From: the human T2T-CHM13v2.0 reference genome, Homo sapiens
Assembly (NCBI RefSeq): GCF_009914755.1
Contig: NC_060925.1
Strand: one strand, 5' to 3'
DNA: 64,000 nucleotides
Shown here: positions 38,391-51,474 of the stretch, in pieces
How positions within the stretch are numbered: the first letter of the stretch is position 1
Layout: each line of letters starts with the position of its first letter
Made by a program: the position numbers and the translations under genes
The notes under the pieces: generated by a model
The model's input: only the letters and a program-made list of their open reading frames with translations
What the model was told of the DNA's origin: nothing
Databases searched by the model: none

Positions 38391-41300
38391 CAGTTATTTT
38401 CAACATAGTCAATCAATTACTGGGAAAAACTAAAAAGTAAGCTTAGGAAATGTTCAACTCCCAAAACTCAGATAAGAGTTCTGAAATCAATCTACATTTG
38501 GTAAAATCCTGTTTATCACTGATCTAATCAATGACCCCAGAAGTCATTTAGAAAGCCATAGATACTCTTTTATCTAGTGTTTTCTAAATGTCTCATATCT
38601 GTAGGCAAATATAAGAATTAAAACAAGGTAATGTACAAGATAGGTAACACGGCAAAACTGCTTATGGTTAATGTCTACTCTTAGTTACCCATGAAGTCCA
38701 CAGTAATTTAGAATTTTAGAAGAAGGATTTGCAATCTGATTAGAATGATTACGTAGGATAGTTTCTACTCCTTTCTTCTGCTCCTCTCACCCACATATAC
38801 TCTATTCCAGCCATTGCAAGTTATTTGCAATTCTCTGAACACCGCAAGTTATTTTGCAACTTGAGCCTTTAATTATGCTGTTCCCTCTGCCAGGAATGTC
38901 TTTCTTTTCTAGTCTGTAAGCTACACATGGGTAGAAGTTGTCTCTGATTTTTAGGGTTCTATGCTCTGCATAACACAAAAAGCCCACTATGTGCCATATA
39001 CATAAAGATATCTGTGAAAAGAATTAATATCCCTCAGGAGACTTCCTATTTCTCAAGACTTGTCTCAAGACATACTCAAATCTCTTCCTTAGTGAATCTT
39101 TATCTTGTACATTTTTTACAGCCATCTACAAAACTATGAACTTCATATTTTGAGCTTCCAAAACATCCCATGTTTATGGCTACTATAAAAAGCAAGATTA
39201 ACACAGACTTTTTAGAAGTGAGAATATAAAAGGAGAAATTATCACTAACCTCTTAGAACTCTCTGTTAATGTTTTTAAGTATGTATGATCCTCCTGAAAT
39301 AGTCTAAGGTCATTTAAATTTAATTATAAAATCTACTGCAATGTTTCTGTATAGACATTATTGAAACATATTTATACTAGATTGTGAAAATGTACGTAGA
39401 TCAGTAGCTGTAGAATCCAAACAGTAAAAACACAATTGATACGTATTAATTTTGAATCTTGTTATCTCAGGAATTTCAGATTGTTATTAGCTTTTCTAAA
39501 AAGAGCATAGCCAATTAGTAATTGTAAGCTGAGTTATTTGGAGAAAAAAGAAAATCCAAATATTATGGAAATTTAGCTAGTGAAAGAAAAATAGTGAAAT
39601 AAAATTAAATTACTGTATAATAACAAAACTATTTGAAATTTAAGTTGAATTTAAGGCAAAACAGAATGAATCTTAATTATTTCTGCTTTTCTAGTAGTGT
39701 TATAAAAAATTAACTTGGTGTTTTTTTAGGCATAAAAAGTAGTAAAAACGTGCTCTTTTAAAATTCCTGTGTATCACACATTTTGTGCATAGTAGGATGT
39801 ACCAACTGCTACCATCCTTTGATTAGAGATGGAAAGTAAAAATTCATTGCCTCTTGAAATTTTCTATCATTCTCTTTGTTTTACTATAAACTGCATTAGC
39901 AACATGTCCCAATTTATTATCATCAGCTTCTATTAAAAAAAAATGTTGGTCAGAGTCAGTCATGGTTGATGTTAGGCTTTTCTAAAGTGATTTATATCAT
40001 GTTTGCTTTACTTCTCTGAGTTTTATGCTTGTCTTACTCTTTTACTTTTACTTTTTCACACTGTATAGGAAATAGCCTCAGAATAACCTGAGAAGTTGTA
40101 CTTGCAGAGGATTTGTGGATCATTCATTATATTCTATGTTCTCTTTCTATGAGCAGCAGTTACATTTTTAACTGTAAATTTTTGGACATGTTGATAGTGA
40201 AGAAGTGAGGGAAAAAACAATTATTTATAGAAAATTGTCTGTGGTAGACATGATTTTCCCTTGGAGACTCTCCTAATTTTTCATGTAAAAATAGCTTTTC
40301 TTTTATGGAAGTGAATTTTATGGTTTGGTAATTGTAGCAAATCTCAGATATGTTTAATTCAATAATGTTCTAAGCCTGGCTATTCCTAAATAATTTGTTA
40401 TTTAGTCCACTAGTCTAAAATTTTATTTATTCCATTTGTAGAAAATTCCCTTACTGCTTAAAACAGTAAACTTTAACTCTCAGCTCATATCCTGTAGTTT
40501 ATGCATTTTCTATCATTATTGTTTTCTTCTATAAGGATATTAAAATAAGATAGAGTCAGCTAATTGAATAGTAGTGTTAAGTTCATTTAGTGTTTCTTTA
40601 TGGTCTCAGGTTACATGTTTTCTTTTTTTTTTCTTTTTCTTCAAGTTTGGATTTTCTGTTGGGCTTGGTTTCATTTTGGTTTATTTACAAGGGGCATTAC
40701 AGCTTTGAAACTAGTTGACAAAACTGAAATGAGCTTGATATTGATAATTGCAAATAATTGTATGCCCACTATTAGCTAAATCTGGCCAATCTGGCATAAA
40801 TTAGGCCAATGTAACATAGAGATAGATTGATTTGCAATAATACTAAGTAATCACAGTAATAGCATAATTGGTAAACACAAATATATTAACTGTAACTTTT
40901 AAATCAAGTCCTAACTTATTAAACAACTGTCGTCATTAGCAAAAAGAGTATATTCTCCAAATCATTCATTCATCCATCCATTGAATAAATAAATATACCT
41001 TAAGTGATTTTACCAGTCACTGTATCTTTGAATAATGGCCTGAAAAGAATTTTATATCATCTTACAGCTGTTTGTCCTAAAAGTAATATTTTAATATGTG
41101 CAAATTTTAAAATAGCAATTTCCTATTTTTATATGATATGCTTAAATGTGTAGGATGCTATTAGGTAAGAGATTATTATAAGATATCCCATGTACTCCCA
41201 ATTTATATCACTTTTGTGTTATGTTAATATTAATAAAGTAATCTAGATGTTTTAACTCATCATACTTGAATTATCACGAAAAATTGATTACTTATCTTAT

Positions 41301-42079
41301 ATTTGCATTCATATCTCATATTCTGGTAGTATTAGAAGCCTTACGTTTATTAATCTAATTGCTTTTAAATTATATTTTGATAAATAATTTTTCATCTGAA
41401 ATCTTATTAATATAAAATTTTGAAAGATACACACAAGAAGCAGAAGAAAAGTTAAACATCTGCAATTCCATTTACCATATACAAAACACACTGTTAGTAG
41501 TATGTATTATTCATACAAATTTATTCTACTGGGTGAAACGATGAACATTCATATGCATCACTTTATAAGAATTTTGCTATCCATAAATAAACAGATTTTT
41601 TTGCAAAACAGCCATGCCCCCACATGTGAATAATCTCTGTTTCCTACATCTTCATATTAACATGATAATTATAAACAGTTTCCAATATTATCAAATATTC
41701 CTTGAAAATACAGTCACCGTAATGTGTTGTACTTTGTGGTAAAGAGATCTAAGTATGTCTTTCAAAACATTATTATAATTGTTATTGTAGTAAAAGGTTT
41801 TATGCCTATCTTTTTTTACAGTTCTGTTTTTTTATATTTGAATATGTAAATATATTGAGTGAAAATGCAACTCTAAAACTTCAGTATACATTGTAAAAAT
41901 AATTTCCAGTAATGCCTGTCTTTGAGACTCCTCTAAAACTACTTTCTCATGTATTATAATGCAACAATCAAATGCTTGTTACATTTTCCACATATATCTT
42001 GCTGTCATTTGTTTCTGGAGTTTTGCCTAGTTAAATTATACTCAGTGATTAAAATTTAGTCAAAGAATTGCTGCAGAAA

Positions 42080-43170
42080 GCTTTACGCAATTTCCCCGGG
42101 CTAGGTGAGATGTCCTTTATTGTCCTCCTGTAATAGGGCTGTGCATATCCCAAAATAAGATGCACTTATTTTTGCATATCGCTGTGTCTCACTCGTGAAG
42201 GTTTGCCATACTTCTTTTTGTATCCCCTGTGACCAGCAAGATGTCTAGCATGTGATAGACATCATATAATGTATTTGTAAATTAATCATTAATTTATATA
42301 TTATTTAATGAATAAATTGTAATTTTCAACAAACTTTCCATATAGGCAAATATTATTTCCCATATTTAGTCTGAGAAAAATAAGTGTAAAATGGATGACT
42401 TGCCTAGAGTCATATAGCTAGAAAATGTATTCAGGATTTTTCTGGGGCTAGATACAGACCTATGAATTCCATTATATTAATATTATCAAATAGTAAAATT
42501 TGACACTGGATGATCTGTGATGAAATGGTCAAAGGATTTTAAAATAAGTCTAGAACTTAGGATGCATAAGATCACAAAAATTATTGCTCTTGTTAGATAT
42601 ATAATACTAATAGTGAATTTATACTATCTTTTTCATTATGTCTTATTTCTACATTTTAAATTTCTTTGTCATTAAACATAATCGGGATGGGCCATCATTA
42701 AATAATACACGATGATACATGTTTATTAAAAAATTATTCACATATGAATTTAAGGAAGAAGGATATGGTACATGCAATATTATTGACAAATATTATGCAC
42801 CCATACAATATTTTTAAAAAACATCTGGTTGGCATATTAGGTAAAATTATTCTTTTTTTTAAATTTGGACTCAGCTAAAGGAGTATTTTTAGAAAGCTCA
42901 TTTTTATCTACCATAGTAACTCTTATTGTTTTAAAATTGCACGGTTTATCAGTAAAATGGTATAGTGGAAATAGCATGAGCCTTGAAACCAATTAGACCA
43001 TAAATGTGAATCCCATGTTACCTCCCATCAGGATGTATGATGATAGAAAACTTATTTCACTTTATGATCCTCATTGTAAAATTAAGATAGAAATAAATGT
43101 CCTAATAATGTTGCTATAGAATTTTAAAACATAATAAACTTAAGGGTCTTATATATTGTGGATATTAAAT
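42080..43170. mobile_element. Cluster of L2 3'-end and MIR relics
   Basis: L2-like at 42080-42290; MIR-like at 42330-42480 and 42950-43170; all highly degenerate. Confidence 0.45.
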
Positions 43171-45006
43171 AAATGAGAGTTTCACTGTTTCTATTTCATT
43201 GACAGGTAGATGCTGATGCAGGATAAAACTGAGGAAAATGGATATTGTGTCTGTTTTTACTGGCGTTTATACCCCATATAGTGTGTTTTCCTTTGCGTGA
43301 TCATCAGATTTACAATAGAAGAATGTATGCTTTTAATTATAAACAATTTTGTTATTAATGGGTAAAGTTGGTTTGAATTTGGGAGTGTGATTTGTAGTGT
43401 AGTGTAGTGTAGCAGTGAATTGGCTTGGGCTTTTTAGTGGCAGCTGATAAAATTCGTAGCTTTACCTAGTTAGCTGCACAAAGAGAATTGCCATATTTTC
43501 CTTTTAAGACAGCTTGATGTAGCAGTTACAAACTTACTATTGCCAGAAATATTATCTCTCACCTGACTAGAGAAATAACAGCTCTTGACAACTCAAAAAA
43601 GCTATAAGCTCCTAAAATGAGTTCCAATTATTTTATCCTTTGTCAGGTGTGGATTTCATGTGGCCAGAAAATGTATTTCTTTACCAAAGCCCAAATATGA
43701 AGAAACATAGTCTGTATCATGTGGGACTGCCAAAACTCCAGGAGAAAAATCTACCTTTCTGGCTTGAAGAACTAGAAAGGAGAGTTTAGGGTAACCATAG
43801 CCAGTCTAATGAAGAATGGGAACTCTAGAAAAGAGAGACAGATGGTAAAATCTAAAATATGTCAAACTCCATAAAAACAGATATCCCAATAGTAATATTT
43901 GTAACCATAGTAAAATGTTAATTTGATATCATTTATAGTTTACAAAGCACTATTACATACTCAAGTTAATCCTCATTAGAAATTGTAAAGTGCTTAAAAG
44001 ATTTTTTAACAGAGCAAGACTCAGTGTTTAATAAACTTGCCCAAAATAAAAGAAAGTGATGTACATGAGTACCAAAAGCAGATTATCTAGTTTCAAGTTT
44101 TCTGTTCTTTTTGCTTTGATTCAGAGTTTGACTATGCGGATCTTAGGTGGGGCCCAGACTTTCACATTTTAAAATAAAAAAATTAAAAAAGAATATAAAT
44201 ATAAAATATATATTATACAAATAGATTTTTTAAAAGGTGCGGCCTAGTCAACAGGCATAGTTGGAAGACAAAAACAGATTTTGAGAGGGAGTGGTTTGAC
44301 TCATACAGCTCTTGGATAAGGAATCCAGTGAGGATGGAATGGGTGATATTCATTGAGAGGAAGAGGAGTGATTGCAGAGGACAAGCCTATTACTGGCAAA
44401 AGGTGCCCGCTATAATTCCTGCATTTTATTGGCAAACCCCTCCTTCTGCATTTTAAGTTATTTATAATGTGTCAGGCTGTGGTGGTTAATACAGAGTGTC
44501 AACTTGATTCGATTGAAGGATGCAAAGTGTTGTCCTGGGTGTGTCTGCGAGGGTTAGACTAACATTTGAGTCAGTGGACTGGGAGAGGCAGACCTACCCT
44601 CAATCTGGGTACCATCTAATGAGCTGCCAGAGCAGCTAGAATGAAAGCAGGCAGAACGTGGAAGGACTAGACTGTCTGAGTCTTCTGGCCTCCATCTTTC
44701 ACCTGTGCTGGATGTTTCCTGCCCTCGAACATCAAGTTCTTCAGGTTTTGGACTCCTGAACTTATATCAGTGATTTGCCAGAGGTTCCTGGGCCTTCGGC
44801 CACAGACTGAAAGCTACATCATCAGCTTCCCTACTTTTGAGGTTTGGGGATGTTTACTGGCTTCCTGGTTCCTCAGCCTACAGACAGTCTATTATAGGAC
44901 TTCACCTTGTGATTGTGTGAGTCAATTCTCCCAATAAGCTCCCTTTCATATATTCATCTATCCTTTTAGTTCTGACTCTTCAGAGAACCCTGACTAATGC
45001 AGATTT

Positions 45007-45021
45007 TGGTACCAGGAGTGG
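45007..45021 (+). promoter_or_regulatory. PBS, tRNA-Leu-type
   Basis: TGGTACCAGGAGTGG directly after the 5' LTR; matches the recalled complement of the tRNA-Leu(UAA) 3' end. Confidence 0.8.
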
Positions 45022-45229
45022 TTCTAGATAAACAGAATTTTAACGATGGATTTCTTTAGTTAGTTTTGGGGTTTCTGGACTTGGCTGCTTAATATGATTA
45101 GACCTAAGAATGCTAGAACTCTACTTCTAACAGTATGGAGAACACTGATAGTCCTTAGTGTGAACTGTTTAGAAAGTCAACGCAAAATAAATGCATTTAA
45201 TACTCTTGATTCACCACTCACAGGAGGCG

Positions 45230-47030
45230 GTACATTCCTCATTTGGGTGTGTTACTCAGGCCATTTATCAAGTGACCCAAATGGCTGCCAGTTTTGAGTG
45301 GAGTCCAGAACAGGAGAAGGCCCTGCAACAGGTCCAAGCTGTTGTGCAAGCTGCTCTGCCACTTGGGCCATATGACTCAGCAGATCCAATGGTGTTTGAG
45401 GTGTCAGTGACAGATGGGGATGCTGTTTGGAACCTTTGGAGCCTTTGGCTGGCCTTCACAGCAGAGGCCTCTAGGATATTGGAGCAAGTTCCTGCCATCT
45501 TCTGCAGATAACTACTCTCCTTTTGAGGGATAGCTTTTGGCCTGTTACTGGATTTCAGTAGAAACTAAATGTTTGACTATGGGTCATCAAGTCACCATGT
45601 GACCTGAACTGTCTATCATGAACTGGGTGCTTTCTGACCCAACAAGCCATAAAGTGGGGAATGCACAGCAGCATTTCATCCATAAAATGGAAGTGGTATA
45701 TATGTGATTGGTCTCAAGCAGGTCCTGAGGGCACAAGTAAGTTACTTGAGGAAGTGGCTCAGGTGCCCATGGTCCCCACTCCTGCTGCCCTGCCTTCTCT
45801 CCCCTAGCCTGCACTAATGGCTTCATGGGGAGTTCCCTATGATCAGTTGACAGAGGAAGAGAAGAAAAGGGCCTACCCCAAAGTGGACAGCTGCAGCACT
45901 ACAGCCCATTTCTAGGACATCCCTGAAGGACAGTGGTGAAGGAAAATACTCCCAGTGGGCAGAACTTTGAGCAGTGCACCTGGTTGTGCACTTTGCCTGG
46001 AAGGAGAAATGGCCAGATATGTGATTATATACTGATTCATGGGCTGTAGCCAGTCATTTGGCTAGATGGTGAGGGATTTAGAAGAAGCATGATTGGAAAA
46101 ATGGTAACAAAGAAATTTGGGGAAGAGATATGTGGATGGGCATATCTGAGTGATCAAAAACTGTGAACACATTTGTGTCTCATGTGAGTGCTCACCAAAG
46201 GGTGACCTCAGCAGAGGAGGATTTTAATAACCAAGTGGATAGGATGACCTGTTCTGTGGACAAAAACTCAGCCTCTTTCCCCAGCCACCTCTGTCATTGC
46301 CCAGTGGGTCCATGAACAAATGGCCATGGTGGCAGGGATGGAGGTTACGCATAGGTTCAGCAACATGGACTTCCACTCACCAAGGCTGACCTGGCTATGG
46401 CCACTGCTGAGTGCCCAGTTTGCCAGTAGCAAAGACCAACACTGAAGTGGTTGGTTTGTTCCTCAATAAGGCACCATTCCTTGGGTAGATCAGCCAGCTG
46501 CCTGGTGGCGGCTTGATTATATTGGACCTCTTCCATCATGGAAAGGGCAGAGGTTTGTCCTCACCCAAATAGACATTTACTGTGGATATGGATTTGCCTA
46601 TACTATACTCAATGCTTCTGCCAAGACTACTATCCGTGGACTCACGAAATGCCTTCTACACCTTCATGCTATTTCATACAGCATTGCTTCTGACCAAGGC
46701 AGTCATACTTTACAACCAAAGGAGTGTGGCAGTGGGCTCATGCTCACGGAATTATTGGTCGTACCATGTTCCCTATCCTCCTGAAGCAGCTGGATTGATA
46801 AAATGGTGGAATGGCCTTTTGAAGTCACAATTACAATTCCAACTAGGTAACAATCCTTTGCAGGGCTGGGGCAAAATTCTCCAGAAGTTTGTGTATGTTC
46901 TGAATCAGCATCCAATATATAGTACTGTTTCTTCCAGAACCAGGATTCATGGGTTCAGTAATCAAGGGGTAGAAGTGGAAGTGGCACCATTCACCATCAC
47001 CCCTAGTGACCCACAAGCAAAATTTTTGCT
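45230..47030 (+). pseudogene. HERV-L pol relic (RT connection, RNase H, integrase)
   Basis: ORF 45191..45511 AASFEWSPEQEKALQQVQA...LPLGPYD; YTDSWAV at ~46029; DYIGPLP at ~46515; ORF 46582..47139 WSYHVPYPPEAAGLIKWWNGLLK. Confidence 0.9.
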
Positions 47031-47039
47031 TCCTGTTTC

Positions 47040-47442
47040 TGTGACATTACATCCTGCTGGTATAGAGGTCTTAGTTCCAGAGGGAAAAATGCTGCCACCA
47101 GGAGACACAACTGTGATTTCATTAAACTGGAAGTTATGATTGCCACCTAGTCACTTTGGGATCCTCCTACCTCTAAGTCAACAGGCTCAGAAGACAGTTA
47201 CGGTGTTGGCTGGGGTGACTGACCCAGACTATCAAAACGAAATCAGTCTACTACTCCACAATAGATGTAAGAAAGAGTATGTGTGGAATACAGGAGATCC
47301 CTTAGGGCATCTCTTAGTATTACCATGCCCTCTGATTAAGGTCAATGGGAAATTACAACAACCCAATCAAGGCAGCACTACAAATGGCCCAGACCCTTCA
47401 GGAATGAAGGTTTGGGTTACTCCACTAGGTGAAAAACCATGA
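47040..47442 (+). pseudogene. HERV-L dUTPase relic downstream of integrase
   Basis: LPPGDTTVISLNWKL*LPPSHFGILLPLS...VTVLAGVTDPDYQNEISLLLHN, dUTPase motifs including a G-x-x-D-x-D-Y motif 3; in-frame stop at 47137. Confidence 0.85.
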
Positions 47443-48158
47443 TCTGCAGAGGTGCTTGCTGAAGGCAAAGGCAGTACAGAATGAGTAGTAGAAGGTAGTC
47501 ATCAGTACCAGCTATGACCACGTGACCAGTTGCAGAAACGAGGATGGTAATTGTCATGAGTATTTCCTCCTTATTTTGTTAAGAACATGTTTGTGCATGT
47601 ATGCACTTGAGCTAAGAAAATATCTACATTTTATTTCCTTTCCTTTTTCTTTATCATATGACATAAGATTTATTGACTTCATATCAACATTTAAGTGTTG
47701 TTAACTTTACGTAATAGCATTTAGGTTAAAGATTAGTGTGCTTCTGGTTGTACGAAGGATAGCTGGATTATGTTAGGCATAATTATGACCTTATTATTGT
47801 CTTTATTTGAAGATTATATCTATAATTTCAGGAGATGTGTATGGGTTCAAGTTGACAAGGGATGGACTTGTGATGATTAACATTAGGTGTCAACTTGATT
47901 GGATTGAAGGATGCAAAGTATTGTTCCTGAGTGTGTCTGTGAGCGTGTTGACAAAGGAGACTAACATTTGAGTCAGTGGACTGGGAGAGGCAGACCCACT
48001 CTCAATCTGGTTGGGCCCAATCTAATGAGCTGCCAGTGCAGCCAGAATACAAATAGGCAGAATGTGGAAGGCCTAGGCTGTCTGAATTGTCTGGCCTCCA
48101 TCTTTCTCCTGTGCTGGATGCTTCCTTCCCTTGAACATCAGACTCCAAGTTCTTCAGG

Positions 48159-49044
48159 CATTGCGGGATCTGACCAGCAGCCCGCAATGCAACGGGGCTC
48201 TCTCTTTGTTCCCAGGTGGATCGGCAGGTTGAGAAATAATAGACACACGCAAGATAGTGAAAGCTGGGTCCAGGGGGGTCACCACCTTCTGGTCCCATAG
48301 TGCCAACGATGCACTGGATATACCAGCATTTATTATTAAGTTTAGTGAGGGTGGGTTTCGGTTAGTGAGGGATTTAGGGTCATTTGATTATGAGGTGAGA
48401 TGGTCACATGGCGATGAAGTAATTCTTTAACATAACATTTGTATGTAGAAGTACAGTACATTTGTATGTAGAAGTACAGTATACAGAGATAAGAATTTAC
48501 AATATAGTGTGTGCGTCACCTTAGAACCTTAAAACAGAAACACAATCTTGCCATAACCTATGATTAGCAAGATATTAATCAGCAGTAATAATTGCAACAA
48601 AGGGTGGTTACAAACAATCCATGGAAACAGGCCGTGAAGCTAGACAACCGGTTAGACCAGAAATTCTAAGGGAGTATGCCTTAACCCTAAAGAGGCCTAG
48701 AAGAGCCATGGCAAGATGAGGGCCTTTATAGCCCTATCTTATCCATATGGACAGGCACCCCCCATGCGTCCTTTTACAGGCTCTCCACAAGGGTTGCATT
48801 CCATTCCCAGAGCTATGAACATCTGCTTTTCTGGGATAGGAATCTTGGTGATGTGAAACCTCCCTGACTGCACGTGCATTCATAGGCTCTCTGCAGGGGG
48901 AAGCACATCACATGCTGTTGGCTTGTTCTGGCAGTCCAACCTGGCGTTGTCTTTACACAATCCTGCATGCAATTTTGTATTTACAATAATCAGGAGCATT
49001 TCATCTTTTATTCCATAGCAATAGTTTCAGGGGATCTCCCTACA
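48159..49044 (-). mobile_element. HERV-K (HML) solo LTR, MER11D-like
   Basis: Reverse complement begins TGTAGGGAGATCCCCTGAAACTATTGCT; perfect 6-bp TSD ttcagg, which occurs once at the equivalent site of the 5' LTR. Confidence 0.88.
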
Positions 49045-50402
49045 TTCAGGTTTTGGACCCTTGGACTTACACCAGTGCTTTGTCAGGGGCTCTCAGGCCT
49101 TTGGCCACAGACTGAGGGTTGCACTGTTAGCTTCTCTACTTTTGAGGTTTTGGGACTTGGAGTGGCTTCCTGGCTCCTCAGCTTGCAGACAGCCTATTGT
49201 GACACTTCGCCTTGTGATGGTGTGAGTCACTTTTCCTAATACACTCCCCTTCATGTATTCACCTATCCTATTAGTTCTGTTCCATTAGAGAACGCTGACT
49301 AATATGCAGGTCTAACACCCAGAGTCTACATACCTTTCATCTACTAGTGCTCAAGACAACCTATCCGTGTCAGTGTCACAAGCTCTATAAGCAAATCTGT
49401 ACTGCAGACACATTAAGTAATTTGAACAAGGATCACGGGCAAGTAGTATCTTAAATTCAATGCTATTAGGCTCTATTCTAGTATGCCACGCTGTTATCCT
49501 AAACCAATCCTAACAGTTTAGCTATTTCTATGAAGGAAAATCCAAAATACAAAGATAATTTATTTTCCTTGAAGTCCTTTCAAAATATTTATTATAAATA
49601 GGTGGAGAAAATTTTTTTTTCTACATCTAGTTGATTCTTTTGGGGGAAACTTTTCTCAACCTCTGATTATACTAACATCTTAATATTACCTCTACCTTTA
49701 CTCCAGTGTAAAAAAGGAATTAAAATATTCATTCCACAAACTTACTGTGATAAATATTAGATATGTGTACCTATAGTTTTTGTGCAGTAAAACTATCATT
49801 GCCTGTGATAGATTCTTATTTACCATGTTAATATTTGATTTTGAATGGTTTTGACTATCCAGGTAGAAAGTAATTGTTTATTTTGACATGAGTAATAATC
49901 ACTGAGGTTTAAATATTGTATTTTTCTAAGGGGTGAATGTTGGAGAACCACACTAATTCATCAGGATTAAATTCTTGATGTTTTACTGCTGCGGAGTTTT
50001 AAAAGTGTTGTCTTTTGGCCATACTGAACCCCAACTATCAAAAGTTCTTATCTAAATTATTTACAGCTGTAAAGAAATTTCAGATCAATTATTAGTATTA
50101 TCAAATATTTCTAAAAGAAAAGAATAGACCATCTGAACTAAATTTTTCATCTGAGATGTTCTCGTGGATAGGTTAAATATTCATTTTTGACCTTCTTAAA
50201 GATATCTTTACCTCTCACGGTTAATACTGGGTAATACTGAATAATAGGAAAAGATGTAAGATATCTCATTTATAGAATTTGCAGCACGATTCCAGTTTTC
50301 TAAAATGAAAATTATAATTCTCTAGTCTATTATAATCACAGGACTAGATCATGGAAACACTTAACATTACTGAACTTACATTCACAAGGTTAACTTTATA
50401 TT

Positions 50403-51474
50403 TATGGGGGAACCTGCCCTGATATTCATGTAGGTTCTTTTCTATTTTTCCTTTGCATCAGCCGGCTTGAGAAATAAAGGGACAGAGTACAAAAGAGAGA
50501 AATTTTAAAGCTGGGCGTCCAGGGGAGAAATCACATGTCGGTAGGTTCCGTGATGCCCCACAAGCCACAAAAACCAGCAAGTTTTTATTAGAGATTTTCA
50601 AAAGGGGAGGAAGTGTGTGAATAGGTGTGGGTGACAGACATCAAGTACTTAACAGGGGGTAATAGAATATCACAAGGCAAGTGGAGGCAAGGTGAGATCA
50701 CAGGACCACAGGTCCAAGGCAAAATTAAAATTGTTAATGAAGTTTCGGGCATCATTGTCATTGATAACACCTTAACAGGAGACAGGGTTTTGAGATCAAC
50801 TGGTCTGACCAAAATTTATTAGGTGGGAATTTCCTCTTCCTAATAAGCCTGGGAGCGCTATGGAAGACTGGAGTCTATTTCATCTCTGCAGCCTCAACCA
50901 TAAAAGACAGGCGCACCTGGGGGGGCTGTTTATAAGCCTATACCTCCAGGCGCATATTCTCTTTCTCAGGGATGTTCCATGCTGAGAAAAAGAATTCAGC
51001 GATATTTCTCCCATTTGCTTTTGAAAGAAGAGAAATATGGTTCTGTTCTGCCTGGCTCACTGGTGGTCAGAGTTTAAGGTTCTCTCTCTTATTCCCTGAA
51101 CAATTGCTGTTATCCTGTTCTTTTTTCAAGGTGCCCACATTTCATATTGTTCAAACACACATGCTCTACAATTTGTGCAGTTAACACAATTATCACATGG
51201 TCCTGAGGCAATATACATCCTCCTCGGCTGACAGGATTAAGAGATTAAAGTAAAGACAGGCATAGGAAATCACAAGGGTATTGATTGGGGAAGTGATAAG
51301 TGTCCATGAAATCTTTACAATTTATGTTTAGAGATTGCAGTAAAGACAGGCATAAGAAATTATAAAAGTATTAATTTGGGGAACTAATAAATGTCCATAA
51401 AATCTTCACAATCCACATTCTTCTGCCATGGCTTCAGCCGGTCCCTCCGTTTGGGGTCCCTGACTTCCCGCAAC
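50403..51474 (-). mobile_element. HERV-K (HML-8) solo LTR, MER11A-C type
   Basis: Reverse complement begins GTTGCGGGAAGTCAGGGACCCCAAACGGAGGGACCGGCTGAAGCCATGG; 6-bp TSD tatatt; internal ~90-bp imperfect duplication. Confidence 0.92.

Larger units (their letters stand above)
44478..49306 (+). mobile_element. HERV-L provirus (MLT2A2-type LTRs), internally deleted
   Basis: 5' LTR 44478-45001, PBS, gag stub, pol 3' half, dUTPase, PPT, 3' LTR 47869-49306 (split); TSD caggc/caggt. Confidence 0.93.

Noticed and set aside
43180-43270. Plus-strand acceptor-like ttcattgacag
   Set aside because: No convincing paired donor or ORF
51245-51420. Imperfect ~90-bp direct repeats resembling an array
   Set aside because: Two copies only, intrinsic to the MER11 LTR; not a CRISPR-like or novel array
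48159-51474. Two minus-strand HML LTRs 1.4 kb apart read as one provirus
   Set aside because: Different sequences, each with its own TSD; the spacer has no PBS or HERV-K internal sequence
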